From Clostridia bacterium (GTDB lineage: Bacteria; Bacillota; Clostridia; Christensenellales; UBA1242): DNA of 64,000 bases. Below are positions 44,151 to 53,955 of this stretch, piece by piece. The notes under the pieces are model-generated. The model did no database searches. It was not told where the DNA came from and saw only the letters and a program-made list of their open reading frames with translations. Made by a program: the position numbers and the translations under genes. Position 1 is the stretch's first letter; every line of letters starts with the position of its first letter. The stretch is taken from NCBI GenBank assembly GCA_017409005.1, contig JAFQTP010000002.1, positions 249,159 through 313,158 of the forward strand. Direction: 5' to 3'.

Positions 44151-44996
44151 TTAAATATTGTTTTGTTTTTTAAAAGTTTTAATTGTGTTTTTAAGTAGCA
44201 TTGCAATGGTAAGTGGTCCAACACCACCTGGCACTGGTGAAATGTAACTACACTTGTTTTTCATTTCTTCAAAATTACAATCGCCGCATAAACCTTGTTC
44301 GTCTCTAACAATGGCAACGTCAACAACAACTGCACCTTTTTTAATCATGGTGCTATTTAAAAAGTTGCGTTTTCCAACTGCGGTAATAATAACATCTGCT
44401 TTTTTGGTGTAAGGTGTAATATCGCCCGAGTGGCTGTGGCAAACTGTTACTGTTGCATTAGCTGAAAGTAAAAGTTGCTCAAGTGGCTTGCCCACAAGCA
44501 AACTTCGGTTAATAATTACGGCATGTTTGCCTTCTAGCGCTATGTTATATTCTTTAAGCAGTTCCATAACTCCGGTTGGTGTGCATGCAGTTAAGCACCA
44601 TTCTTTGGTTAACAATTTTCCAAGGTTAACACTGCTAAGACCATCAACATCTTTAATTGGGTCAATACAATTTAGGGCACTACGTTCGTTAAAACCTTTT
44701 GGCAGTGGCAACTGCAACAAAATTCCGTTAATAGTTTCGTCGCCATTAAGGTTGGTTAATTTTGCTTCTAATTCCTCTTGTGTAATGGTTGCCGGAAGTT
44801 CTACCGAAACACTTTCAATGCCAATATATTTGCACGCGTTCTTTTTGTTTTTAACATAAATTTGGCTTGCAGGGTTGTCGCCAACTATAACAACTGCTAG
44901 TTTAGGTGTTTTGCCAGTTTGTTTAATTAAGTTTTCTGTTTCAAATTTTAATTCGTCTTTAATTTTTTGTGATAATGCTTTTCCGTCTAAAATCAT
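44151..44996 (-). CDS. folD: bifunctional methylenetetrahydrofolate dehydrogenase/cyclohydrolase
   Basis: Start trimmed to MILDGKALS (ATG 44996) behind GAGGT. VGDNPASQIYV, INGILLQLPLP and SPVPGGVGPLTIAML blocks. Confidence 0.9.
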   Translation of the reverse strand: MILDGKALSQKIKDELKFETENLIKQTGKTPKLAVVIVGDNPASQIYVKNKKNACKYIGIESVSVELPATITQEELEAKLTNLNGDETINGILLQLPLPKGFNERSALNCIDPIKDVDGLSSVNLGKLLTKEWCLTACTPTGVMELLKEYNIALEGKHAVIINRSLLVGKPLEQLLLSANATVTVCHSHSGDITPYTKKADVIITAVGKRNFLNSTMIKKGAVVVDVAIVRDEQGLCGDCNFEEMKNKCSYISPVPGGVGPLTIAMLLKNTIKTFKKQNNI

Positions 44997-45199
44997 TTTA
45001 TACCTCAAATTTAATTGTAACAAATAAAAATTTTTTTGTATATAAAATTTAACTTTATGGTTAGGTTTTTAAAATTATACAATTAAATTAATATAATTGC
45101 TTTGTTTAATTTAACTAACATTAAATTTAAAAACGAATATTGAATTATATAAAATTTAATGCTACAATAAAAATGTAATAAAATTTTTTGAGGTGAGCC

Positions 45200-47671
45200 A
45201 TGGACCCAAGAAAACTTAAACAATTAGTTTTAAAAATTTTTATGGACAACCAAAACCTAGAAGGAACCAGCCCAGAATCTGTTGCATATTTTATTGAAAA
45301 GCAACTTTCTGAATATAACATTAAGCGCAAACGTGTTTTAGGCATAATTGATGTTTTGGTAAAAGAAGGGAAACTAAACATAGTTAAAGGTAAAAAGGGC
45401 TCTCAAATTGTAGTTAAGCCCCGTTCTGAAGCTTACGGAACTTTAATTGTTTTTCCTAGAGGAAGAGGAGGGCAAATTATTGTATCTGGCACTAACACAA
45501 AACTTTATGTTGCATCTGAAGATTGTGCTGCATATCGCTCAGGCGACCAAGTGGGGTTTAGGGTTGATGGAAACAATAAAACCATTATTACTTCACGCAT
45601 TAAATCGGGTGGAGCAACAAATGCTGGCATTCCGGTTAATTCAACCGAACTGATTAAAGGTTTTGTTATTAAAAATGAATATGGTGCCTACGAATTTGTG
45701 GCCGAAGATAAACGCAAATATCCACATTCAATGCTTATTTTAAATTCTGGCAGTTTTAACAATTTAGATAATGCAGTTGTGGTTGTTAAGCCGTCCGAGG
45801 CTGATTCAATGCGAGTTAATTCAAGTGTTGAAGTTGTTGAGGTTTCTGGTCGTATTGGCGAGCCTTTAGCTGAAACCAATGCAATTGCAATTGAGGCAAA
45901 TGTTTCAATAATGCCAACACCATACGAAGAAAAGCAGTCGGTCGAAATGCCAACTGAAGTTGATTTAACGCAATACAACTTAACCGATGAAGATGGCAAC
46001 TATTTGGGGGAATATGATTCTAAAAAAGATGATTATGTTGATTTACGTGGAAAAATGTTTACCACAGTAGACCCTTTTGATTGCCGAGATATGGACGATT
46101 CGGTTTATACTGAAATTGATGAAGATGGTAATTTAGTAACTTATTCTGCTATTGCCGACGTAACTGAATATATAAGACCTAACACACCATTATGGGAAAA
46201 AGCTGTTAAACAATGCTTCACACTTTACACGCCGTATAAAGCGTTTGCCATGATTAACGAACTTTTAGCTAACGGAATTTTATCGCTCAACGAAGGACAA
46301 GACCGTTTAACAATGTGTGTAAGAACTGTAATAGATAAAAACACAGGTAAACGCATTGATGGCAAAACCAAAATTATGCATGCTGTAATTAATAGTAGAA
46401 AAAAATTTAGTTATGAAGAAACTCAAGGTTTACTAGATAGTCCAGAGGGCAAGCAAACCTTGGTTCAAATTGCAGCAAGAATTGCTAAAGGTGAAAAATT
46501 TGTTCCTACCACAACACTGGAGGCTTTGGCTTTAAATAAAATTTGTTCCGATAAAATTTGGGGCAACTTTAATAGTCGTAACACCTTAAATATTGATCGC
46601 AACGATGAAAAACGCTATGTTTTAGACGAAACCGGCACACGCGTTTTAGATATTGTTAGAAAAGAACATATTCCAACCATGAGCATGATTGAAGCGTTAA
46701 TGATTAATGCAAATGAAGCAGTTGCTGAATACACACGCGACAACAAACTTAATTCGGTTTATCGTGTACACGACGAGGGCAATGCCGAAAAACTAGAACG
46801 TTTGCGTGCAGTTTTGGATACCTTTGGCATAACCTATACTGGTAATGGCGATAATATTAGTTTACAAAAACTTATTAAAGACAACGCAAATTCACCTTAT
46901 TCTGATACAATTAAAGAAATGGTTTTGCGTACACAATCTAAGGCAAAATATTCTAATCACCCATATCCATCAGATAAATTTGGAAACGAAAAACCAGAAT
47001 GTAAATGCCATAGTGCACTTCAAAGCGAATGTTATACACACTTTACATCTGGCATTCGCCGTATGGCTGATCTAATTGTTCAATATGCAATTAAAGAACA
47101 TTTGCGTGGGCACGGGCAAGCATTCACCGAAGAATATGTTGCGCAAATTTCGGCGCTTATTAGTAGTCAGGAACTTGCAATTGAAGAAGCTGAACACAAA
47201 ATTAACGACCTACACGAAGCTATTTGGGCAGAAGACCATATTAACGAGGTTATGGAAGGCCGCATTGTTTCCTTTACACCAGATTTTGTTATTTTAGAAG
47301 ATTTTGAAAAAGGTGTAAGAGTTCATGTTAAAATGGACGAAATGTTTCCTAATTGCACAATGGATTCAACTGGTGCTGTAATGTATAATGCAAATGGCGA
47401 AGTTGTTGGACGTTGGTGCGATAAAGTAACATACAAAATATGTGCTGCCGACAGGGTGGGTCGCATGGTTTATGCAAGCACAAACCTAAACATGGTTTAT
47501 CAAAACCCATATGCTTCTGGTGTCGACTATCAAACTTTAATGGGCGAAATTGCACAGGATACTGCATCAAGTTTGGTAGATGGTTTTAAAACCTTTCAAG
47601 GAATAAAAAATGGCCAGGTAGCTCAACCAACAAAACCCACACCAGGCAATAATGGCATGGGTAAAAAATAA
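45200..47671 (+). CDS. rnr: RNase R / RNB-family 3'-5' exoribonuclease
   Basis: 823 aa with RBS GAGGTGAG. RNB catalytic block VDPFDCRDMDDSVY and YRVHDEGN. A C-terminal S1-like region and a basic tail. Confidence 0.8.
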   Translation: MDPRKLKQLVLKIFMDNQNLEGTSPESVAYFIEKQLSEYNIKRKRVLGIIDVLVKEGKLNIVKGKKGSQIVVKPRSEAYGTLIVFPRGRGGQIIVSGTNTKLYVASEDCAAYRSGDQVGFRVDGNNKTIITSRIKSGGATNAGIPVNSTELIKGFVIKNEYGAYEFVAEDKRKYPHSMLILNSGSFNNLDNAVVVVKPSEADSMRVNSSVEVVEVSGRIGEPLAETNAIAIEANVSIMPTPYEEKQSVEMPTEVDLTQYNLTDEDGNYLGEYDSKKDDYVDLRGKMFTTVDPFDCRDMDDSVYTEIDEDGNLVTYSAIADVTEYIRPNTPLWEKAVKQCFTLYTPYKAFAMINELLANGILSLNEGQDRLTMCVRTVIDKNTGKRIDGKTKIMHAVINSRKKFSYEETQGLLDSPEGKQTLVQIAARIAKGEKFVPTTTLEALALNKICSDKIWGNFNSRNTLNIDRNDEKRYVLDETGTRVLDIVRKEHIPTMSMIEALMINANEAVAEYTRDNKLNSVYRVHDEGNAEKLERLRAVLDTFGITYTGNGDNISLQKLIKDNANSPYSDTIKEMVLRTQSKAKYSNHPYPSDKFGNEKPECKCHSALQSECYTHFTSGIRRMADLIVQYAIKEHLRGHGQAFTEEYVAQISALISSQELAIEEAEHKINDLHEAIWAEDHINEVMEGRIVSFTPDFVILEDFEKGVRVHVKMDEMFPNCTMDSTGAVMYNANGEVVGRWCDKVTYKICAADRVGRMVYASTNLNMVYQNPYASGVDYQTLMGEIAQDTASSLVDGFKTFQGIKNGQVAQPTKPTPGNNGMGKK

Positions 47672-47684
47672 ATTACTAAAAATA

Positions 47685-47720
47685 AAAACCAACCTAAAAA
47701 GGTTGGTTTTTTGTTTTTTA
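47685..47720. terminator. bidirectional intrinsic terminator
   Basis: aaaaccaacc-taaaaa-ggttggtttt hairpin. Confidence 0.75.
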
Positions 47721-47735
47721 CCTATATAAAATGTT

Positions 47736-48590
47736 TTACTTTTGAGGCCCGTCGTTAAAATACAAAACTCCTAAAGTGTGCTCGCCACAATGGCTAGTAA
47801 TGGTTGAGCCTGCGGTGGTTTCGTAAATATTTTTAAATGTTGCGTGTTCGCCCAATGTTGCTCTAACGGCAGCAACCATTTCTGGTGTTGCGCTAGTGTA
47901 GGTTATAAAGCACATTGTTGGGTCGTAATTATTAAATTCTTCTAAAGTATCTTTAACATAATCGGCAACAACGTTTTCCATTTTTCCACGATATTTTTTA
48001 TGTACGCCCATTTTGCCATCTTTAACAATAATTGATGGTCTAATTTTTAAAATGTTTGCACCAAGTAGTGCTACTGCCGAGCAACGTCCGCCTTTGTGTA
48101 AGTAGTCTAGGCGTTCAACAACAAAACTTGCCTGAACGTGTGGAACGCGAGCGTTAACTTTTTGCACAATTTCGTCTAGGTTCTTGCCTTCGTCGCGTAG
48201 CTTGCAGGCATATAAAACAAGTAAACCAATACCTGTTGAAAGGCTTTTAGGGTCAATAACTCTAACTTTATCGTTCTTTTTAGCGCTTTTAGTTGCGTTA
48301 TTGTAGCATGCACTTATATCTGAACCAATAGTAAAGTGGATAAGTCCATCATATTCTTTTAAAACTTCTTCGAAAAATTCGTCATACTGAAACTCGTTAT
48401 TTGCACTTGTTTTTGGCAATTGTTTTGTTTTTGAAACGTATTCAAAAATGTTTTCAGGTGTAATGTTAACGCCATCTTCATACGAAGTGTCGCCCAAATT
48501 AATGGTTAATGGTAAAAGTTTAATGTTGTTTGCTTCTAGTTGCTCTTTAGATAGGTCGCAAACGCTATCGCAGGTAATTGCTATTTTCAT
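47736..48590 (-). CDS. DegV family fatty-acid-binding protein
   Basis: 284 aa. MKIAITCDSVCDL start, TSANN and LHKGGR-type blocks. Confidence 0.85.
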   Translation of the reverse strand: MKIAITCDSVCDLSKEQLEANNIKLLPLTINLGDTSYEDGVNITPENIFEYVSKTKQLPKTSANNEFQYDEFFEEVLKEYDGLIHFTIGSDISACYNNATKSAKKNDKVRVIDPKSLSTGIGLLVLYACKLRDEGKNLDEIVQKVNARVPHVQASFVVERLDYLHKGGRCSAVALLGANILKIRPSIIVKDGKMGVHKKYRGKMENVVADYVKDTLEEFNNYDPTMCFITYTSATPEMVAAVRATLGEHATFKNIYETTAGSTITSHCGEHTLGVLYFNDGPQK

Positions 48591-48723
48591 AATTCAAATC
48601 CTTAAAGCTTATTTCCTTTTTTAGCCTAAGATAATTGTAACACAAATTAACATTCGGTCAAACAAATATAAAAAAACTTTACGTTTATTTGATTAAATCT
48701 AACATATTTAGTAAAATTGTGCT

Positions 48724-49473
48724 ATGAACGAAAATTTACATAGTGGTCATCGTGGTAGGTTAAGGGAATTTGCCTATAACAACAATTTTAAAAATTTGCC
48801 AGAACATCAAATGCTAGAATTATTGTTATCTTATGTTATTCCACGTAAAGATACTAACCCAATTGCTCATAAATTAATAAAAGAATTTGGAAGTTTTTCT
48901 GGTGTGCTAGATGCAAACATTGAAGATTTGTTAAAAGTTGATGGCATTGGAAATAAAACTGCAAACTTTTTAGTAAGTCTAAAACACTTCTTTTATGCCT
49001 ATAATGCAGGCAAAGTTAATAAGCACGAAACAATTTTAAACACCCTAGACGCTGTTAATTTTATTAAAGGTGTGTTGGGAGGTAAAAGTGTAGAAGAGTT
49101 TTATGTTGTTTGCATCGATAATGCAAACAAGGTTAAGTTATGCCAAAACATTAGCACAGGTGTGGTTAACAAAACAAATGTAGATGTTAGGCGTGTTATG
49201 GAAGTTGTGTTTAAAAGCAATGCTAGCAATGTTATTGTTTGCCACAACCACCCAACCGGAAATTCTAAGCCAAGTGCTGCCGACGACAAATTAACAAAAG
49301 CATTGTTAACAACTTTAACACTAAATGGCATTACTATGCTAGACCACATAATTTTAGCTACTGCCGATTATTTTAGTTATAACAAAAGCGGACTTATTCA
49401 AAAATATATGCAAGATGTAACTAATTTATTGTCTAACCCAATAGCAATGCAAAAACCATGCAAATATAACTAA
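48724..49473 (+). CDS. radC: RadC-like JAB/MPN domain protein
   Basis: 249 aa. N-terminal HGHRGRLRE, an HhH segment, and the JAMM motif VCHNHPTGNSKPSAAD. Confidence 0.85.
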   Translation: MNENLHSGHRGRLREFAYNNNFKNLPEHQMLELLLSYVIPRKDTNPIAHKLIKEFGSFSGVLDANIEDLLKVDGIGNKTANFLVSLKHFFYAYNAGKVNKHETILNTLDAVNFIKGVLGGKSVEEFYVVCIDNANKVKLCQNISTGVVNKTNVDVRRVMEVVFKSNASNVIVCHNHPTGNSKPSAADDKLTKALLTTLTLNGITMLDHIILATADYFSYNKSGLIQKYMQDVTNLLSNPIAMQKPCKYN

Positions 49474-49494
49474 TTAACATATAAATTAGAAACA

Positions 49495-49532
49495 AAAAAG
49501 GATAGAGTTTAACTTCTATCCTTTATTTTTTA
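49495..49532. terminator. bidirectional intrinsic terminator
   Basis: aggatagag ... ctatcct hairpin with flanking A and T runs. Confidence 0.65.
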
Positions 49533-51278
49533 TTATCTAATTTTAATATGCACTTCACGTAATTGTTTTTCGGTTACGTAGCCTGGTGCGCCCATCATTA
49601 AGTCTTGTGCTTTTTTGTTCATAGGGAACGCAATAATTTCTCTAATAGATGGTTCGTCAAGTAGTAACATAATCATGCGGTCAACCCCTGGTGCAATACC
49701 TGCGTGTGGAGGGGCACCAAATTTAAATGCTGTGTAAAGTGCGCCAAATTTTACTTGAAGCTCTTGTTCGGTGTAACCAGCAATTTTAAACGCTTCGGTC
49801 ATAATTTCTGGGTCGTGGTTTCTAACGGCACCACTGCTTAGTTCAATGCCGTTTACAACAATGTCGTATTGATAAGCAAGAACATCTAAAGGTTGTTTAG
49901 TTTTTAATGCTTCTAGCCCACCTTGTGGCATGCTAAATGGGTTGTGGCTAAAATCAATTTTGCCAGTTTCTTTATCAAGTTCAAACATAGGGAAGTCAAT
50001 AATCCAGCAAAATTTGTAAATATCTTTTTCAATTAAGTCTAGTTTGGTTGCAATTTCGGTTCTAAGCGCTCCAATAATTTTGTGGCATTCGTCGTATGGG
50101 TCGGCAATAATAAAAATAGAATCTCCAACTTTTGCATCGCAAGCCTCAATCATGGCTTGTTTTTCTTGGTCGGTCATAAATTTTAAAATTGGTCCAACCA
50201 TTTCCATACCCTCTTGAACTTTAACCCAAGCCAAACCTTTTGCGCCTTGTTCTAGTGCAAAGTCGGTAAGTTCGTCGTAAAATTTACGTCCTTGTCCTTC
50301 ACAACACACGCAAATAGCTTTAACAGTTTTATCTTTAAAAGCACCAAATGTTGTGTGCTCAAACACTTTAGTTAAGTCTTTTAATTTAAGTGGGTTTCTA
50401 AGGTCTGGTTTGTCGGTTCCATAGGTTTCAATTGCAGTTTTATATGGTATGCGTTCAAAAGGAACTTTATCAATTTTATATTTACCATATTTTTCAAAAA
50501 TTTTAGGTAAAACTTCTTCCATAACTTTAAACACATCTTCTTGTGTGGCAAAACTCATTTCCATATCTAGTTGGTAAAATTCGCCAGGTGAGCGGTCGGC
50601 ACGAGCGTCTTCGTCTCTAAAACATGGCGCAATTTGAAAATATTTATCAAATCCCGATGCCATTAAAAGTTGTTTAAATTGTTGAGGTGCTTGTGGTAGA
50701 GCATAAAATTGACCATGGTGTAGTCTGCTTGGAACAATAAAGTCGCGAGCACCTTCTGGTGAAGAAGCAGTTAAAATTGGTGTTTGAACTTCTGTAAAGT
50801 CAAGGTCTATCATGGCACTGCGTAACGATTGAATAACTTTGCTTCTAAACACAATGTTTTTCTTAACATCTGGGTTTCTAAGGTCTAAAAATCTATATTT
50901 TAATCTTAGTTCTTCTGAAACCGATTTCGAATCGTCAATTTCAAAAGGAGGGGTTGTTTGGCAAGCACTAATTAAACTAATTTCACTTACGTCCACCTCA
51001 ACTTCGCCAGTTTTAAGTTTGGTGTTAATTGTTTCGTCGGCACGTTTAATAACTGTTCCTTTAATGCTAATAACACTTTCTTTACTTAATTTAAATGTTG
51101 GTTCAACATGTAAAACAAGTTGAGTAATGCCATAGTGGTCGCGCAGGTCAACAAAAGTAATTCCGCCATGGTCTCTAATTGTTGAAATCCAACCAGAAAG
51201 CATAACTTGCTTTCCAATATCCTGTTTAGTTAGTTCTCCGCAAGTGTGTGTGCGGTATGTTGTTTGAATTTTATCCAT
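49533..51278 (-). CDS. aspS: aspartate--tRNA ligase
   Basis: 581 aa. Class II motifs (FRDEDARADR, GIELSSGAVRNHD, GGIAPGVDRMIMLL) and an N-terminal OB domain. Confidence 0.95.
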   Translation of the reverse strand: MDKIQTTYRTHTCGELTKQDIGKQVMLSGWISTIRDHGGITFVDLRDHYGITQLVLHVEPTFKLSKESVISIKGTVIKRADETINTKLKTGEVEVDVSEISLISACQTTPPFEIDDSKSVSEELRLKYRFLDLRNPDVKKNIVFRSKVIQSLRSAMIDLDFTEVQTPILTASSPEGARDFIVPSRLHHGQFYALPQAPQQFKQLLMASGFDKYFQIAPCFRDEDARADRSPGEFYQLDMEMSFATQEDVFKVMEEVLPKIFEKYGKYKIDKVPFERIPYKTAIETYGTDKPDLRNPLKLKDLTKVFEHTTFGAFKDKTVKAICVCCEGQGRKFYDELTDFALEQGAKGLAWVKVQEGMEMVGPILKFMTDQEKQAMIEACDAKVGDSIFIIADPYDECHKIIGALRTEIATKLDLIEKDIYKFCWIIDFPMFELDKETGKIDFSHNPFSMPQGGLEALKTKQPLDVLAYQYDIVVNGIELSSGAVRNHDPEIMTEAFKIAGYTEQELQVKFGALYTAFKFGAPPHAGIAPGVDRMIMLLLDEPSIREIIAFPMNKKAQDLMMGAPGYVTEKQLREVHIKIR

Positions 51279-51310
51279 TTTTTAATTATCTCCTAAATTT
51301 TAATTACACT

Positions 51311-51353
51311 AAAAATTAAAAAACAACGCTTGAGGTTTTCCCCAAGCGTTGTT
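51311..51353 (-). terminator. leader terminator (attenuator) upstream of aspS
   Basis: Minus strand: aacaacgcttgggg-aaaa-cctcaagcgttgtt followed by a T-run, about 30 nt before the aspS RBS. Confidence 0.6.
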
Positions 51354-51578
51354 AACGTTTTTTAAGTGTAGTAAAAGAAAACCCAAGTTTATTGTGTTAC
51401 GTTAAAGTTATTATTATTATTGTTGTTAACTAAAATAACTTTCACCACTTGAAAAGTTCTCCCTTTTTGTTTTGCAATATAATGCTAGCACTTTTAGGTT
51501 TAATTGTCAACACTAAATTTTAACATTTGTAACATCTAACAAACCTTAAACTATAGTTTAAATTTGCATTAATTTTAA

Positions 51579-52310
51579 TTATTTTTCGTTAAAAGCGTCG
51601 GTAAAAGCACTTCTAAAGTCAACGGTACTATTAATTTTGTTTGAAATAGCGTCAATGCGGTTTTGTTTTCCGGCAACAATTAAATAGTCGTTTTCTTGAA
51701 TAACAGTTTCGTCCTCTGGTTCTAAAACCTCGCTTCCACGTTTAATCATTAAAACCGAAACTTTAAATTTTCTTTGAAATTTAATTTCGTCAATGGTTTT
51801 CCCAACCCAATTTTCTTGACATTTAAGTTCAATAATTTTAAATTCGTCGGTTAGGGCAGCTGCTTCGTTAACGGTTGGGTTATCTAAAGCAGTTGCAAGT
51901 TTTTTACTTAAAAACACTTCTGGAAACACAACCAAGTCGGCTCCAATGCGTTCTAAAAGCTTTTTGTGTTGCTCGCTTTGTGCTTTTGCAATTATGTAAG
52001 GAATTTTTAAGTCTTTACAAATAAGTGTGGTTAACACACTGGCTTCAATGTTATTTCCAATGCAAACAACAGCACAATCAAAATTTTGAGCTCCTAGTTG
52101 GTGTAAAACATCTTGTTTGGTTGTATCGGCAACAACAGCGCTTGTAACACTGCTTGCAATTGAGTGTACAACTTGTTGGTCAGTGTCAATGGCTAGCACT
52201 TGGTGGCCTAAATTTGCTAGGTTTAGTGCCAAACTTTTTCCAAAACGGCCAAGGCCAATAATAACAAAATCTTCTAATTTATCTGGTAATTCGGTTTCAA
52301 ATTCTTGCAT
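51579..52310 (-). CDS. ktrA: Ktr/Trk potassium uptake system, NAD-binding peripheral subunit
   Basis: 243 aa. IIGLGRFGKSLA Rossmann motif, with TrkA-N plus TrkA-C layout. Confidence 0.8.
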   Translation of the reverse strand: MQEFETELPDKLEDFVIIGLGRFGKSLALNLANLGHQVLAIDTDQQVVHSIASSVTSAVVADTTKQDVLHQLGAQNFDCAVVCIGNNIEASVLTTLICKDLKIPYIIAKAQSEQHKKLLERIGADLVVFPEVFLSKKLATALDNPTVNEAAALTDEFKIIELKCQENWVGKTIDEIKFQRKFKVSVLMIKRGSEVLEPEDETVIQENDYLIVAGKQNRIDAISNKINSTVDFRSAFTDAFNEK

Positions 52311-52334
52311 AAAAATCTCCTTAAATACTATATG

Positions 52335-53717
52335 TTATCCAACAATTATTTTGCTGTCTACATATTCTATTACATTTTCTGTTGTGTTGCTTTGTTTAAA
52401 TACAAGTGGTACGGTTAGCATTCCAACACGCCCAATAAACATTAATATAATTAAAACAAACTTTGAGGGTATACTTAATATTGGAGTAATTCCTAAACTT
52501 AAACCTGATGTTGAAATTGCAGAAATGCATTCAAACAATATTTCGTCAAATGTAAAAACTCCGTCAAATTCAAATATGCTAATTAATAAACAAGAAACCC
52601 CCAATAACAAAATTGCAGAAAGCAATAATTTTATGGCTTTATTTATTGTTTTACTACTAATATTTTTGTGGTTAACATTTATGCTTCCGTCGTTTAAAGG
52701 TTGTTTAAATAGCATCACTAAAAGAACAAATAGTGTAGTTGTTTTAATTCCTCCGGCAATGCTCATTGGAGATCCTCCAATAATCATTAAAATATTTGTT
52801 AAAGCTATGCTAGTGCCAGTTAAACCTGCTTGATTAATTGCCGCAAAACCAGCGGTTCGGGGTGTTATTGACTGAAAAAAACAATTTAATATTTTATAGA
52901 ATACATTCATTTCTCCAATTGTATTAGGGTTGTTCCATTCAAAAACAGCAAAAAGTAAAGCCCCACCAACAATTAAAATATTTGTAACTATTAAAACAAC
53001 TTTTGTTTGAAATGCTAGTTTTTGGCCTTTTCGTTTAAAATTAAAAATATCAAACAAAACAATAAAGCCAATTCCGCCGGATACAATAAGTAGCATTATA
53101 GGTATTAAAACAAAAGCGTTATTGTTAAGTGAAATTAAACTAGAAAGTTCCGGTGTTTTTAATCCTAAAGGGTCAAAACCTGCATTGCAAAATGCTGAAA
53201 TAGACAAAAACAATGCATTAAAACAGCCTTTCCAAAAATTTCCTGTAAACGCAACCATACTAGGTGTTAACACCAAAAAGCCAACAAATTCAATAGAAAA
53301 AATGGTTATGATTATTTTTTTTACCATTTTAACAACGCCTTGGGTATTGTCTTTGTTCAAACTTTCTTGCAGTGTCATTCTAGCGGCATAATTAATTTTT
53401 TTGCCTAGCAACATAAAAACTAGGCAAGTTAAACTAACAAAGCCTAGACCTCCAATTTGAATTAGAAGCATTACAATAATTTGACCAAACAAACTAAAGT
53501 GTTTTGCTATATCTATAACACTAAGCCCGGTTACGCACACGGCACTAGTGCTTGTGAATAATGAATCTACAAAACTATACCATTGCCTATTTACATGTGA
53601 AATTGGCAGACATAATAAAAAGGCTCCTATTAATATAATACCAATAAAACCAAATACAATTGTTTTTGCAGGTGTAAGCTTAAAAAGTTTATTTTTTAAA
53701 AAATTACGAGTTTTCAT
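52335..53717 (-). CDS. ktrB: Ktr/Trk potassium uptake system, membrane subunit
   Basis: Start probably MKTRNFLK (ATG 53717). Polytopic, with repeated pore-loop motifs (CVTGLSV, CNAGFD, RTAGFA, STSGLSLG). Confidence 0.8.
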   Translation of the reverse strand: MKTRNFLKNKLFKLTPAKTIVFGFIGIILIGAFLLCLPISHVNRQWYSFVDSLFTSTSAVCVTGLSVIDIAKHFSLFGQIIVMLLIQIGGLGFVSLTCLVFMLLGKKINYAARMTLQESLNKDNTQGVVKMVKKIIITIFSIEFVGFLVLTPSMVAFTGNFWKGCFNALFLSISAFCNAGFDPLGLKTPELSSLISLNNNAFVLIPIMLLIVSGGIGFIVLFDIFNFKRKGQKLAFQTKVVLIVTNILIVGGALLFAVFEWNNPNTIGEMNVFYKILNCFFQSITPRTAGFAAINQAGLTGTSIALTNILMIIGGSPMSIAGGIKTTTLFVLLVMLFKQPLNDGSINVNHKNISSKTINKAIKLLLSAILLLGVSCLLISIFEFDGVFTFDEILFECISAISTSGLSLGITPILSIPSKFVLIILMFIGRVGMLTVPLVFKQSNTTENVIEYVDSKIIVG

Positions 53718-53955
53718 ACTTATGTAGTTTAGCACATTTGTGGTTAAAGAAGCAACCAATTACAAAATCACCCCTATTTTAATGTTAACAAGCTAAAATA
53801 TGCTGGTTAAAGGAGTTTTTTAATAATTAGTAAAAATAAATAATTTATTCAAAGTAACCAAACATCGCTGCAAAGTGTGCTTACGATAAAAATTATCTAA
53901 ATAATATTTAAAGTTGTTTTGCTATAAATTTTATAAGTGATAAAATTAAACTAAT

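Noticed and set aside
52117-52833. 238-aa plus-strand ORF spanning the ktrA/ktrB junction
   Set aside because: It is antisense to two well-supported genes. It has no RBS and its composition is typical of reverse-frame translation. The same reasoning applies to 2005-2223, 2366-2614, 5288-5488, 6570-6968, 9193-9474, 15980-16373, 18549-18833, 18947-19266, 19743-19997, 27972-28283, 32545-32913, 32585-32908, 35900-36226, 38650-39096, 44488-44859, 45688-45999, 50839-51123, 55007-55319, 62487-62817 and 63046-63336.
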